Below are positions 13,226-25,960 of a stretch of 64,000 nt of DNA, piece by piece (position 1 is the first letter of the stretch; each line of letters starts with the position of its first letter). Both the position numbers and the translations under genes were made by a program. The DNA lies in the NCBI GenBank assembly GCA_964016885.1, contig OZ024740.1:22072001-22136000 (forward strand). Direction: 5' to 3'. Below the pieces are notes generated by a model. It had not been told where the DNA came from, did no database searches, and saw only the letters and a list, made by a program, of their open reading frames with translations. The DNA comes from Eledone cirrhosa (Eukaryota).

Positions 13226-13228
<3 letters not shown>
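12806..13228. mobile_element. Composite of Penelope-like pLTR fragments between (TA)n tracts
   Basis: 12806-12943 is homologous to 18513-18653. The second part carries a hammerhead fold and a gagtgctcta motif. Confidence 0.6.
13029..13089 (+). ncRNA. Minimal type I hammerhead ribozyme with palindromic stem III
   Basis: tattttat-CTGATGA-tagcgtaccaaaatgttggtaccctt-GAAA-tatata-TA-atagaata. Stem I is 8 bp. Confidence 0.75.
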
Positions 13229-13260
<32 letters not shown>

Positions 13261-13267
<7 letters not shown>

Positions 13268-13741
13268 TAACAGATTAAAGTTTAAGCAAAGAATCGCTGC
13301 TTTCACCCTTAACGGGATCTTCTGAAACTAAAAAATCAATCTGTGAACGCAGAAGTAAATATTTCGAAAAACGTTGCAACCGAAGGAAGACAGGAAGACG
13401 ATACTTTGGTTCGCGGAAACGTTCCCTGGCAAAGAACGAAAAAAAAAACGAAGATAATACGTCATTATATAGGAACCGTGAAAACAATTACACGCAAAGA
13501 CAAAACCACATTCATGGTATAAATGAAGTCGTAGACTATTAGGTGGTTCGTGGAGACGTTCTCAGGCTATGAAAGGAAAAAACGAAGATAATACGTCATT
13601 ATGTGGAGCGGTGAGAACAATTACATGCAAAGACAAAACCACGTTTATGGTATAACTGAAGTCGTAGATTAAAATTCTATCTAGGAAACCGAATGATTCT
13701 CGGGTTCAGAGTTAAGAATAATGTAAATAAATTACAGAGGT
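13261..13741 (-). mobile_element. Solo or 3'-end pLTR of the Naiad-type Penelope family
   Basis: Diverged reverse-complement homologue of 21700-22196, including its internal ~140-bp duplication. Confidence 0.85.
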
Positions 13742-13765
13742 TATATATATATAGCTAGATAGATA

Positions 13766-16700
13766 TATTTCTTTATTAGTCACAAGGGCGCACAAGAAAA
13801 GGGGACAATACAAAGACATGCTGGGGATTTTATATACAGTCGTGTAAAAAATATAAAAACAAACAATTACAACAATCGAAATCCCCAATAGAGGGGAGGC
13901 GCCACAAATGGGTTGTTTAATACCCCGTCGATAGAACAACCCTCAATTCCAGGAGCGTGTTGTGCAAGTTCTCCTTTCTTCCTTTTGCACTCTTCCTCAA
14001 CCTACAGGCTTATAAACAGAGAAGGCCCAATCACTCGGGCCATTTTTGCTTCATTCACCCACCTTTCAGTAAATTTACTGGGGTGCAGTGCCTCTCTCTC
14101 TACCCTGATTCTCCTTCTAAAGTGATACTTAAAGAAGGGAATCAATTGTTGTCCGGAGAGAAAGGCATCTGTCCTCAGTCCTCTCAACCTCGTCCACCAT
14201 ATAACTTCTTTCACCATAGCCACCGTACAGAGGAAAACCGCCTCTCTTTCGTTTTTGAAAGAGGCTGGCGGTTTGATCCTTACTATGGACTCGGCAGTCA
14301 ACTGGATTTGTCCCATACGCGACAGCAGTTGTTTTGCATAGTTCCAAAGGTCAGTTACGCCCGGGCAGTATACAATTGCGTGCAGGACTGTTTCAATGTC
14401 CTGCGCGCATCTTGGACACGTCCTCTTGGAAGGATCCCTGCCGGGGCGTCCGTGCCTGTAGATCTTGTCACGAACCGGTAGAGCTCCTCGGTAGCACTGC
14501 CAGGCCAGGGACCTCTGGAAGTTGTCCATAGGTCCCGGGCGGAAAGTCCTACCAAACAGACTGGTGAGCTCATTGTCTTCGACGCCCAGAGTCTCTCCGA
14601 GCACGTCGTCGCCCTTGTAACGTACAATCCCTCTATAGAATGTCGAAGTGGAGTCTCCACTGATTGCTGCGCCCATTTGCCAGAGGACTGTGAGCGCCTG
14701 AGCGCATTCAATGTGCCAGGCGCCCATCGTTTTCGGTCTTTTCTTGACCCAAGACTGCAGCTCCGTCAGCGAGACGAGCTGTGGGAAAGCCTGTCTCACA
14801 AACGGTGCCCACACCGGTTGGGGATCGGTGAGGAATACCTGGAGATGCCGCAGCCTCAGCGCATGTTTGCGCATCATCAGCCACGGCATTCCCAGCCCTC
14901 CGTTGGAAGGGTGCTGACAGCAGACGGATCTCCTCACCAGCGGAGCCTGCTTCTTCCACAGAAACTGGAAGAGCATGCGTTCCATCTTGGCGAGGTGTTC
15001 ACGGGGACAAGGCACGACAGTCAAGCGGAAGTAGATGACGGACGCTATGAAAGTGTTCGCCACCTCCGCTCGACCTTTCAAGGACAGTTTGCACTCTGCC
15101 CACTTCTGGGTGAGTGCAAACACCTTGGCCGTGACTTCGTTCCAGTTTTTCTCCACCTGGAGGTCTGGACCGAACCAGACCCCGAGCAATTTCACCGGTC
15201 CGACCGTCCAGCGTCCAACGACGCTGTCGGACGTCATCGGTTTGCCTCTCCACGTACCGAGTTGCAAACCGACAGACTTGTCCGGGTTTAGTTTTGCTCC
15301 CGTCAGCGTTTCGTATTCTTTCAGTAAGTTGCCGATCACCCCGATTTCCGAGGTGCTCGACGCCATCACCGTTATGTCGTCGGCATAAGCCGACGCCACT
15401 TTGCGCAGTCCCGGTTCTAGAGGGATGCCTTGCAACAGCTCCAATTTCCGCAGTAGTGGCTCTAGAGTCAATACATACAGAATGGACGAGAGAGGGCACC
15501 CCTGTCGAATGGAACGCGTGATTGCAAACGGCTCCGATAGGTAGCCGTTCACCTTGACCCTCGAGCAGATGCTGGTGTGCATCGCCTCGATCCATCCTCT
15601 GAACACGGGACCGAAACCGACCGCCTTGAGAACCGCTTCCAAGTATCGATGGTCGACCCGATCGAATGCCTTAGACTGATCCAAGTTGATCAGAGCCCCA
15701 CCGATGCCGGGTTTACTACCCACCCTCTCTATGATGTATCGCATGAGGTGGAGGTTGTCGTGTATGGACCTGGTCGGTATTGCACACGTTTGCGCTTTCC
15801 CTACCAGGTTCTCGACGACAAGCGCCAACCTCGTCGCTAGCACTTTGGCCAAAATCTTTAACTCTGTGTTGAGCAGAGTTATGGGCCTGAAGTTGTTAAT
15901 TTCGTCCCCCTTGTTCTCGTCTTTCCTGATCAGCGTTACTACGCCCTTGCCTGCAGAACTAGGAATTCTCCCGTTCTGCTGCCAATTGCAGTAGACGGCT
16001 TCGAGGACGCCAGAGAACAAGTCCGGTATGCCTATATAAAACTCGTAGGGTAGACCATCTAGACCGGGTGACTTGCGTTTCCCGCAGCGGCCCAGAGCGT
16101 CCCGTATCTCAGTGTCCGTGATCAGTCTTTCGCAGAACTCGGCGTCCGTGTTCGAGAGACGCGGCAGGCCGTCGAGGTATGAACTAAAGTCCATTGCCCC
16201 GTTCGGTTCACCGTCGTTCTGCTCAAACAGTCGAGCAAAGTGCCGCTGAAAGGCCGCGCACATTTGCTTGGGGTCAAGTAGCACGCGTCCGTTTTGATCT
16301 TTCAAAGACCGAATCGTGGATTTGTTGCCGCTTTTTGCCTTCGCCACTCGGGCCCAGCTGACAGCTTTCGCTCCTTCGTTTCCTAGAGCACGTGTCTTGC
16401 TTCTGACCACGCAGCCTTCGTGTTTCTCATCGAAGAACTGGTCCAGTGCCGTTCTCGACGCTAACACTCTAGCTGCGTTGCCACTTCTAAGTGCCTCCTC
16501 TACCTTGGCTACTAGTTCTCTTTCTATTCTGTTTTTCTCTGCTAAACCCTATCGATTCTATTCTAATTGCTTTCTTGAGAGAGTACCACCATCTATTGTT
16601 GACGATGGCTCCCGTTAACTGTTGCTTGACTAGTCTACTTATCCGTTCACTGTAAGCTTTACGTGCCGGCAACGACACGTTCAGCTTCCAGTATCCGGGT

Positions 16701-16770
16701 CCCTGTCTATGTATTCTATCACGGTTGACTAAGCAGACGACTAACTTGTGATCTGAATAGGCAACCATGT
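13766..16770 (-). mobile_element. Tx1/L1-clade retrotransposon, copy 2, 5'-truncated, 12-bp TSD
   Basis: Homologous to copy 1. gctagatagata is duplicated at 13754-13765 and 16771-16782. Confidence 0.92.
14002..16768 (-). pseudogene. Truncated Tx1 ORF2 (end of APE, RT, CCHC), frameshifting deletion near 16545
   Basis: YSDHKL, GPGYWKLN, KSPGLDG, AYADD and CPRCAQDIETVLHAIVYC. Confidence 0.9.
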
Positions 16771-16817
16771 GCTAGATAGATAGGTAGACAGATAGATAGG
16801 TAAATATATATATATAT

Positions 16818-16920
16818 TACCATTGGTAATGGAGTTAGTTATATTTTGTGCTGTTCACTTTCTAATTAAATAGCTCTGTTCTATACATAGAGCACTCTAT
16901 TTTCCTTCGAAATTACCTAA
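16818..16920 (+). mobile_element. Short pLTR relic (downstream half of the 12571-12751 family)
   Basis: accattggtaatg...tagctctgt...acatagagcactct parallels the minus strand of 12606-12693. Confidence 0.5.
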
Positions 16921-17010
16921 CACACACACACACATACACATATATATAGATAGAGAAATAGATAGATAGATAAATAGGTAGGTAGGTAGGTAGGTAGGTA
17001 GATAGATAGG

Positions 17011-17064
<54 letters not shown>

Positions 17065-17103
17065 ATGGTTAGAACTGTTTTAATTCAATACCTGTATGTA
17101 TAA

Positions 17104-17208
<105 letters not shown>

Positions 17209-17513
17209 ATAGATATATAGATATATGAAGAAAGGTGTGTTGAATGTCAAAAGGTAAAAATATTCCTTTGATCGTGCCCATAAGACTGATGTTTATGTTG
17301 GTGGTGGTGGTGGTAGTGGATTATATTACTGGCGTTGTTGATATTTTTATTTAACCCCAGGTTATCTATAACCCTGACCAGCCGCCAGACTGGAATGGAT
17401 CAATAAGATTTCGTACTATTACGGACAGTAACGATATCTACAATGGATTGGTAATGGGAAAAATAAACAATGTTATTTACTTGGAGAGATGTGTGTTGGA
17501 CAACGCCAGCAGA

Positions 17514-17660
17514 TACTACTACTACTACTACTACTACTGTTGCTGCTGCTGCTGCTACTACTACTGGTGCTGCTACCACTACTACTACTACTACCACTAC
17601 TACTACTACCACCACTACACTACCACTACCACCACCACCACCACCACTACTACTACTACA
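17514..17660. repeat. Compound (TAC)/(TGC)/(CAC)n trinucleotide microsatellite
   Basis: Read directly from the sequence. Confidence 0.9.
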
Positions 17661-17683
17661 GGTCTTATGTCATTACAACCTAG

Positions 17684-17797
17684 CAGGGGCGGATTTAATG
17701 GGGGTTAAAAGGGGCAATTTCCCCGGGGCCCTCTGTACTGCGGGTCCCCACTAAACCTCAAGTAACCAGAGCCCCTCAAGGTCTAATTCCAACCCTG
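17684..17797. mobile_element. Possible hAT-type MITE
   Basis: Imperfect TIRs caggggcggattta ... taattccaaccctg. No clear 8-bp TSD. Confidence 0.4.
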
Positions 17798-17896
17798 GTC
17801 ATAGTGTTGTAAAAACTCGGTATACAATATCCAATGGTTTGGAGCACTCAGTCTGTGGGACGAGCTATGCATAATCAGAATGCATCGTTATCAACT

Positions 17897-17979
<83 letters not shown>

Positions 17980-18038
17980 CAAATTTAGACGGGAACAAAA
18001 CAGAGAGGCAGACAAATAAATATATATATATATATAAT

Positions 18039-18223
18039 TGTTTCTAATTTTAGGCACAAGGCCAGCAAATACCCACTACATTACTGGTACTTTATTTTAT
18101 CGACCCCGTAAGAATGAAAGGCAAAGTTAACCTCGGCGGGATTTGAACACAGAATGGCAAGGGCCGTAACTCTATGCGTCAAAGCATGGCGACCGACCCT
18201 CTACTGATACTGCCAATCCACCG
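18039..18223 (-). mobile_element. tRNA-derived SINE with a Meta-domain-like core
   Basis: Minus strand has ttggcagtatcagtag (A box), gttcaaatccc (B box) and gcctttcattcttacggggtcgataaaataaagtaccag. Homologous to 28300-28490. Confidence 0.85.
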
Positions 18224-18276
18224 ATGTGAAACAGATCCAATAAAGATTGTAAACAGGCACAGCTGGAAGTATGGAA

Positions 18277-18489
18277 TATGAGGGTCGGTTGCAAAGTTCA
18301 TAGTCTGAAAGGGTCATAGGCTGACCAAGATACTTTCATGGAATGAGCAAATGGGGTTTATTTTTCAACATAGTCCCTGGAAACAATGTTGTTATTATTA
18401 ATAAAAGTTGAAATTAATGATGCAAAATTTCATAACTCTAGCACCAGTCCTTCATAGTTAACCTATTAACTCTCCAGCTGACCGTTGTA
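18277..18489. mobile_element. Possible mariner-derived MITE
   Basis: TA-flanked degenerate TIRs tatgagggtcggttgcaaagtt ... aactctccagctgaccgttgta (about 15/22 match). Confidence 0.45.
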
Positions 18490-18512
18490 TATATATATAT
18501 ATATATATATAT

Positions 18513-18723
18513 AACGAAGGAAATGTGGTAAGGAACCAGGTGGACCATAACGCACCAAAGTAATCAATACTTAGGGTAGTAGAGTGGGTAATAGGAACGA
18601 GTAGGACCCCGACAGCTGAGCTCAAGCCGTTTCGACGGCTAATTCCGGACTAAAATTTTTTTAGTCCAGAATTAGCCGTCGAAACGGCTTGAGCTCAGCT
18701 GTCGGGGTCCTACTCGTTCCTAT
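18513..18723. mobile_element. pLTR-like fragment ending in a foldback (arms ~64 bp, 18591-18723)
   Basis: Homologous to the sequence starting at 12806. 18591-18654 is the reverse complement of 18660-18723 with one mismatch. Confidence 0.8.
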
Positions 18724-19063
18724 ATATATATATATATATATATATTTATTAAAATAACAGATTAAAGTTTAAGCAAAGAATCGCTGCTTTCACCCTTAAC
18801 GGGATCTTCTGAAACTAACAAAGTCAATCTGTAAACGCAGAAGTGGATATTTCAAAAAACGTTGCAACCGGAGGAAGACAGGAAGACGATACTTTGGTTC
18901 GTGGAAACGTTCCCTGGCAAAGAACGGGAAAAAACGAATATAATACGTCATTAATAGGAGCGGTGAAAAACAATTACACGCAAAGACAGAACCACGTTTA
19001 TGGTATAAAAGAAGTCGTAGACTAATGTTCTCTTGTTGAGCACTCTATTGACTTATATTCATC

Positions 19064-21187
19064 ATGCAGAAACAACATCTGAATATTTCTACAAAGAACA
19101 TACCCGTACCAAGCAGGAAAACATACCTAAAACTCCTGATACAGAAACAAACAGACGCGTTCATTAAAAGGTTGCGTTGGTGTGCTTTTTATTTCGATAA
19201 TCCGCGAAAAGCAGACAACAAACAGGATAAATTTGGGTTTAAAACCTATAATAACACTCCGTGTAACCCAGCATTGCTACCCTTCGAAAATTATGTCTTG
19301 GAACTCATACGGAGTATCAAATTTCGGAATAGGAGCAATTCCTTCCAGCAGGACCTGAAGAATAGAATTCGTTCTATTAAGGATTCTAATGCCGTGCACG
19401 TCCATTCCGACAAAACTGGCAACCTATATCAAGTGGAGCGCAGTACTTACCATCAACTACTACATAATGCTGTAACTAAGGATTACCGTAAAACTAATCG
19501 GTGCGTCATCAATGAAATCAACGATGCTGGGTTTAAAATCACCTCTGATCTCAACATCCTGGACCGGACCGAACCTCTGGACCCTATTTCTCCCCACTTT
19601 ACCCTGAAGGATCACAAATCCAATTTTCCGAACAACCCCTCTATTCAGCTTATTAACCCTACGAAGTCCGATTTAGGTAGACTTAGTAAAAAGATTCTTG
19701 ATAGAATTATACCTGAAATTAGAAGTTTGGCCCCTCTTGCACTGTGGAACAATTCTTTCGCGGTGATTGATTGGTTCAACGGCATATGAAACAAGGAACA
19801 TTGCCGTTTTATCCAATTCGACATCAATAATTACTACTCCTCCATTACTTTACCACTTCTCCTGAGAGCTATCAATTTCGCTAAAACACTCACAGTGGTT
19901 AACGATTTCGAAGTTGATGTCATCCTCAATGCCCGTAAGTCGGTGATTAATTTCGACGACTCTATTTGGATTAAAAAATCCAATAGTACCCCATTCGACG
20001 TGAGTATGGGCGCCAGCGATTCTGCGGAGGTTACTGATCTTATCGGCCTTTTCCTTCTTTTCTCTATCAAGGACGAATTCCCCAACGCGAGCGGTGGTTT
20101 GTACCGTGATGATGGTCTTTTGACCATGACTAAGTGCGGCCCTCGTGCTTGCGACAGGTTCAGAAAAGAACTCACAGCCTTCTTTAAAGGCTTCAACCTC
20201 TCTATACAGGTTGAGGCCAACCTCTCGGTCGTTATTTACCTCGACGTTACCCTCAATTTATCGAATGGTTGTATTACCCGTATAGAAAGCCGAATGATAC
20301 GCTTAATTACATAAGTAAGCATTCCAACCATCCTGCCAGCATAACCAAGAACCTGGTAAGAAACGTTTCGTTGAGGCTTTTCCGTCTATCTACTAACGAG
20401 CATATTTTCAACGACCATTCCACTTATTACAATGAAGCTCTTGCTCAGAGTGGATTTGTCGATAAGGTAGCATATACAGAGTACGAGAATAGTACCTAGA
20501 AGAAATAGATCCCGTCGCATTATATGGTATAACCCACCATATAATATGGAGGTGGCCACACCATTAGCTAAGATCTTTCTATCCCTTATTACGAAGCATT
20601 TTCCCCCTACACATAAATATAGTAACATTTTTAATAGAAATACTATTAAAATTTCTTACTCTACGACTCCTAACCTTGCACATAACATCATAGCTTCAAA
20701 TTTAGGTAAATTACCTAGCCGTAGGAACACGTGCAACCCTGTAGTTAGTACTAACTGTAATTGTAGGAATCGGGTTGACTGCCCCCTATCCGGGAAATGC
20801 CTCTCTAGTAACATTGTCTACAAATGTAAGGTTGAAACACCCAGGGCCTACATAGGGTTAACCGCCAATAGATTCAAGCAGCGTCTTTACATGCATACCC
20901 ATTATTTTCGTTACCCTCTAAGAAGGAATATGACGTCACTTTCAGCTTATATCTGGAGTCTAAGAGACAACCACACCCAATATAAGTTACACTGGGAGAT
21001 CCTAGCTATGGCTAGATCGTATAACGGAAATAAAAGACCATGTGACCTCTGCGCCGCTGAGGCCCTGGGAATACTCTACGCCACAGACCACATCTTAAAC
21101 AAAAAATCTGAGGCAATTTCGGCTTGTAAACATAAATTGCACAAAACTTTCCTGTATTACAGCCCCACATTTTACCCTAACGGATAG
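19064..21187 (+). pseudogene. Naiad-type PLE polyprotein (RT + Cys linker + GIY-YIG endonuclease) with one in-frame TGA and two frameshifts
   Basis: STKNIPVP, FIKRLRW, FTLKDHK, FIQFDI, FDVSMG, GLYRDDG, YLDVTL, IIWYNPP, CNCRNRVDCPLSGKC (CxCx5Cx5C), IVY...YIG and CDLC...CKH. TGA at 19787-19789; frameshifts near 20270 and 20490. Confidence 0.9.
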
Positions 21188-22110
21188 TACGATCTATACG
21201 TGGATATTTTACGTCTTGATGTGGTAGCTAAGTATATGTTATGTTTATACCATTACTTATTTGCATAGGTAAGTATATATTACCTGTATGTTTTGTGAAG
21301 GAACGTATACTTTCTCGTACGTATATTTGATTGTATATGCTATGGCGTATATTTTTATATATTCTGGTACATATGCTTTTGGTTATGTGTATACGGGTGT
21401 TTTGCATCTGTGTGAGTATGCGGGTTCGTACGTATGTTGGGTGTGTGTATTTGTGTACTTCATGTTTTGGTTGACGTACGTCTCCGAACATTTGTGTATT
21501 TACATGTAGGTATGTGTGTGCGCTTGTTATATACGTATTTATTTATTTATATACGTTTATTTAATTATTTATTTATTTGTATACATGCACACACACACAC
21601 ATATTTATATGTGCGTGGTTTTGTATACCTATGGCGAGTGTTTTCGCGTATGCTTGTGTATGTACGTATTTGCATGCGTGTATGTATTTATTTAATTTCA
21701 ATTACCTCTGTATTGTATTTTATTTACTTTATTCTTAACTCTGAAGCGGAGAATCATTCGGTTTCCTAGTTAGAATTTTAGTCTACGACTTCAGCTTTAC
21801 CATTTACGTGGTTTTATCTTTGCGTGCAATTGTTCTCCACGTTCCACATATGACGTATTATCTTCGTTTTTTTCGTTCATTGCCAGAGAACGTCTCAATG
21901 AACCACCTAAGAGAATATTAGTCTACGACTTCTTTTATACCATAAACGTGGTTTTGTCTTTGCGCGTAATTGTTTTTCACCGCTCCAAATAATGACGTAT
22001 TATATTCGTTTTTTCCCGTTCTTTGCCAGGGAACGTTTCCACGAACCAAAGTATCGTCTCCCTGTCTTCCTCCGGTTGCAACGTTTTTTGAAATATCCAC
22101 TTCTGCGTTT

Positions 22111-22186
22111 ACAGATTGACTTTGTTAGTTTCAGAAGATCCCGTTAAGGGTGAAAGCAGCGATTCTTTGCTTAAACTTTAATCTGT
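22111..22186 (+). ncRNA. Atypical hammerhead-like fold (CAGAAGA core) in the pLTR; minus-strand copies at 18757-18832 and 13270-13344
   Basis: acagattga-[ctttgtt]-agttt-CAGAAGA-tccc gttaa gggt-GAAA-gca..tgc-TT-aaact-ttaatctgt. Confidence 0.6.
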
Positions 22187-22284
22187 TATTTTAATAAATA
22201 TTTGCTCTACGGTTCTTATATATTTGATATATATTTATCCTTATCGAGCCCTCTTTGGATTTTAGTCTTAAAATTTATTATTAT

Positions 22285-22697
<413 letters not shown>

Positions 22698-22819
22698 TAT
22701 TGGTTTTTTCCAATTGCTAATGTTATCAGTCGCAACTCCTGGCAGAAGGAGCAACGTTAAATAAAGTGTCTTGCTCAAGGACATAACGCATCACCCGGTC
22801 CAGAATTCGAACTTGCAGC

Positions 22820-23175
22820 CAGCGTTTGTCTTGCAACTGCTCTTCATATAATACTTGTTTTGGAAACCTGCTGCCCTCTATGTGAGCTGACCAACAGAGA
22901 CACTCTTCCACAATCATGGGCTCGATACTTGTAAGACAGGCCCAATGCAGGACATCAGTGCAAGAAACACCCACGAGATCTTGAAGATGGAGCACAAGCA
23001 TTGTTGGTGGCAATGTTCGAGGCCCTTGATATGCCCACAGTAGGTTTTCCATATCTCACATTCATACAGCAAGGATGTGAGCACCCGTGTTTTGTATACT
23101 TGAAATTTTGTACACAAACTCATATCTTACTTTGACCACAGGGGCTTCTCCAGCTTATCAAAGGCATCGTAGTTT
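22820..23175 (-). mobile_element. Decayed RTE (BovB-like) LINE fragment; SINE fragment adjacent at ~22725-22820
   Basis: TKFQVYKTRVLTSLLYECEIWKTY...CLCSIFKISW and SRFPKQVLY. Confidence 0.75.
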
Positions 23176-23194
23176 GACTGACGTTGATTAATCC

Positions 23195-24855
23195 CTCACC
23201 TCAACAATACCTCCAGTCCTCACCCCCAACACTACCACCAGACCTCACCCCCAACAACAACTCCAGTCCTCACCCCCAACAATACCTCCAGTCCCCACCC
23301 CCAACACTACCACCAGTCCTCACCCCCAACAATACCTCCAGTCCTCACCCCCAACCCTACTACCAGTCTTCACCCCCAACAATACCTCCAGTCCTCACCC
23401 CCAACACTACCACCAGTCTTCACCCCCAACAATACCTCCAGTCCCCACCCCCAACACTACTACCAGTCTTCACCCCCAACAATACCTCCAGTCCTCACCC
23501 CCAACACTACCACCAGTCTTCACCCCCAACAATACCTCCAGTCCCCACCCCCAACACTACTACCAGTCTTCACCCCAGCAATACCTTCAGTCCCCACCCC
23601 AACACTACTACCAGTCTTCACCCCAGCAATACCTCCAGTCCCCACCCCAACACTACCACCAGTCTTCACCCCAGCAATACCTCCAGTCCCCACCCCAACA
23701 CTACCACCAGTCTTCACCCCCAACAATACCTCCAGTCCCCACCCCCAACACTACTACCAGTCTTCACCCCAGCAATACCTTCAGTCCCCACCCCAACACT
23801 ACTACCAGTCTTCACCCCAGCAATACCTCCAGTCCCCACCCCAACACTACCACCAGTCTTCACCCCAGCAATACCTCCAGTCCCCACCCCAACACTACCA
23901 CCAGTCCTCACCCCCAACAATACCTCCAGTCCTCACCCCCAACACTACTACCAGTCTTCACCCCCAACAATACCTCCAGTCCCCACCCCCAACACTACCA
24001 CCAGTCTTCACCCCCAACAATACCTCCAGTCCCCACCCCCAACAATACCACCAGTCTTCACCCCCAACAATACCTCCATTCCCCACCCCCAACACTATCA
24101 CCAGTCCTCACCCCCAACAATACCTCCAGTCCCCACCCCCAACACTACCACCAGTCTTCACCCCCAACAATACCTCCATTCCCCACCCCAACACTACCAC
24201 CAGTCTTCACCCCCAACAATACCTCCAGTCCCCACCCCCAACACTACCACCAGTCTTCACCCCCAACAATACCTCCAGTCCCCACCCCCAACACTACCAC
24301 CAGTCTTCACCCCCAACAATACCTCCAGTCCCCACCCCCAACACTACCACCAGTCTTCACCCCCAACAATACCTCCAGTCCCCACCCCCAACACTACCAC
24401 CAGTCTTCATCCCCAACAATACCTCCAGTCCCCACCCCCAACACTACTACCAGTCTTCACCCCCAACAATACCTCCAGTCCCCACCCCCAACACTACCAC
24501 CAGTCTTCACCCCCAACAATACCTCCAGTCCCCACCCCCAACACTACTACCAGTCTTCACCCCCAACAATACCTCCAGTCCCCACCCCCAACACTACCAC
24601 CAGTCTTCACCCCCAACAATACCTCCATTCCCCACCCCCAACACTACCACCAGTCCTCACCCCCAACAATACCTCCAGTCCCCACCCCCAACACTACCAC
24701 CAGTCTTCACCCCCAACAATACCTCCATTCCCCACCCCCAACACTACCACCAGTCCTCACCCCCAACAATACCTCCAGTCCCCACCCCCAACACTACCAC
24801 CAGTCCCCACCCCCAACACTACCACCAGCCCTCACCCCCAACAACAACTCCAAGT
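23195..24855. repeat. C-rich minisatellite, two alternating 25-bp units (50-bp dimer)
   Basis: cccaacaatacctccagtccccacc alternates with cccaacactaccaccagtcttcacc, about 65 units. Confidence 0.95.
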
Positions 24856-25049
24856 AAATGGTCAATATTGATTTTTATATTTTTATTACAGTCAATATTA
24901 ATAACATATATTACAGAGAGAGAGAGAGAGAGAGAGTGAGAGAGAGACAGAGAGAGAAAGAGAGATAGATAGAGAGAGAGAGGTACTCACACATAAACAC
25001 ACAAACACACATACATACACACTCTCACGCACACTCACACACACACAAT

Positions 25050-25960
25050 TCCCGCCGAGGTTAAATTGCCTTCCATCCATGCAGGCTTCATAAATAAAGT
25101 ATGGATTTATTAGAGTGTTGTACGTGATGCCTTGCGGTATTTCTTCCGTTCCTTTTACTACTGGAGTTCAGGAGCGAAGTCACTTGTATCAAGCTATTTA
25201 ACTAATACTAGAAAGTGAGTTGGCTTAGTGGTTAGAGCATTGGCCTTGCAATGGAAAGGTTGTGAGTTCAATTCTCGGACCGGGTGATGTGTTGTTTCCT
25301 TGAGCAAGACACTTTATTTCACATTGCTTCAGTTTACTCAGCTGTAGAAATGAGATGATAGGGACTGGGGTCCCTATCATTAAATTACCCAAGACACCTC
25401 CAGCGAGATATACCTTGGAGGAGGCCAGCTAAACCTACATAGGTGTGAGTTGTTACACACACAGAAAGTGAGAGAGAGGAAGTAAGAAAGAGGTATAGAG
25501 GAAGAATCGACCCCTGGTACTTTTTATCGACCTTGTATGGATAATACTAATACTTATCTTATATCAGTATAATAATGGTTTCTACTATAGGCACAAGGCC
25601 AGCAATTTTGGGGAGGGGCAGGTCGATTAAATCGACCTCAGTGTATTACTGATATTTTATTTTATTGACCCCGTAAGGATGAAAGGCGAAGCTAACCTTG
25701 GCAGGATTTGAACTCAGAAGGTAAAATAACGGTTTCTACTATAGGCACAAGGCCAGCAATTTTGGAGGAGGAGAAAGTCGATTAAATCGACCCCAGTGCA
25801 TTACTGGTACTTTATTTTATCGACCCCGGTAAGGGTAAAAGCAGTGGCGTGCAGAGCTCTGGTGATGTCCGGGGCAAATCTTGATTGTATGCCCCAAAGA
25901 CTCAAGTATAAGGCCTAATATACTGAGATATATAATGAGAAAATCTAACTTTGGCGGGAT
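25050..25960. mobile_element. Cluster of SINE fragments (25214-25360 +; 25577-25720 -; 25731-25841 -)
   Basis: Recurrent taggcacaaggccagcaatttt, actggtactttattttatcgacccc and A/B boxes. Confidence 0.8.

Larger units (their letters stand above)
18743..22201 (+). mobile_element. Penelope-like element (Naiad-type) with inverted 5' pLTR copy
   Basis: RT + GIY-YIG ORF. 18743-19027 is the reverse complement of 21916-22201 (about 5 mismatches). Flanked by (TA)n. Confidence 0.9.

Noticed and set aside
19787-19789. In-frame TGA as selenocysteine (reported for some Naiads)
   Set aside because: It is a single TGA outside the Cys motifs and plausibly CGA>TGA decay. The ORF also has two frameshifts, and I could not identify a SECIS. 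SECISearch plus the family consensus would settle it.
23184-24857. 557-aa extensin/mucin-like ORF
   Set aside because: The 25-bp unit is not a multiple of 3, the peptide cycles through all frames, and the C-rich strand simply lacks stops.
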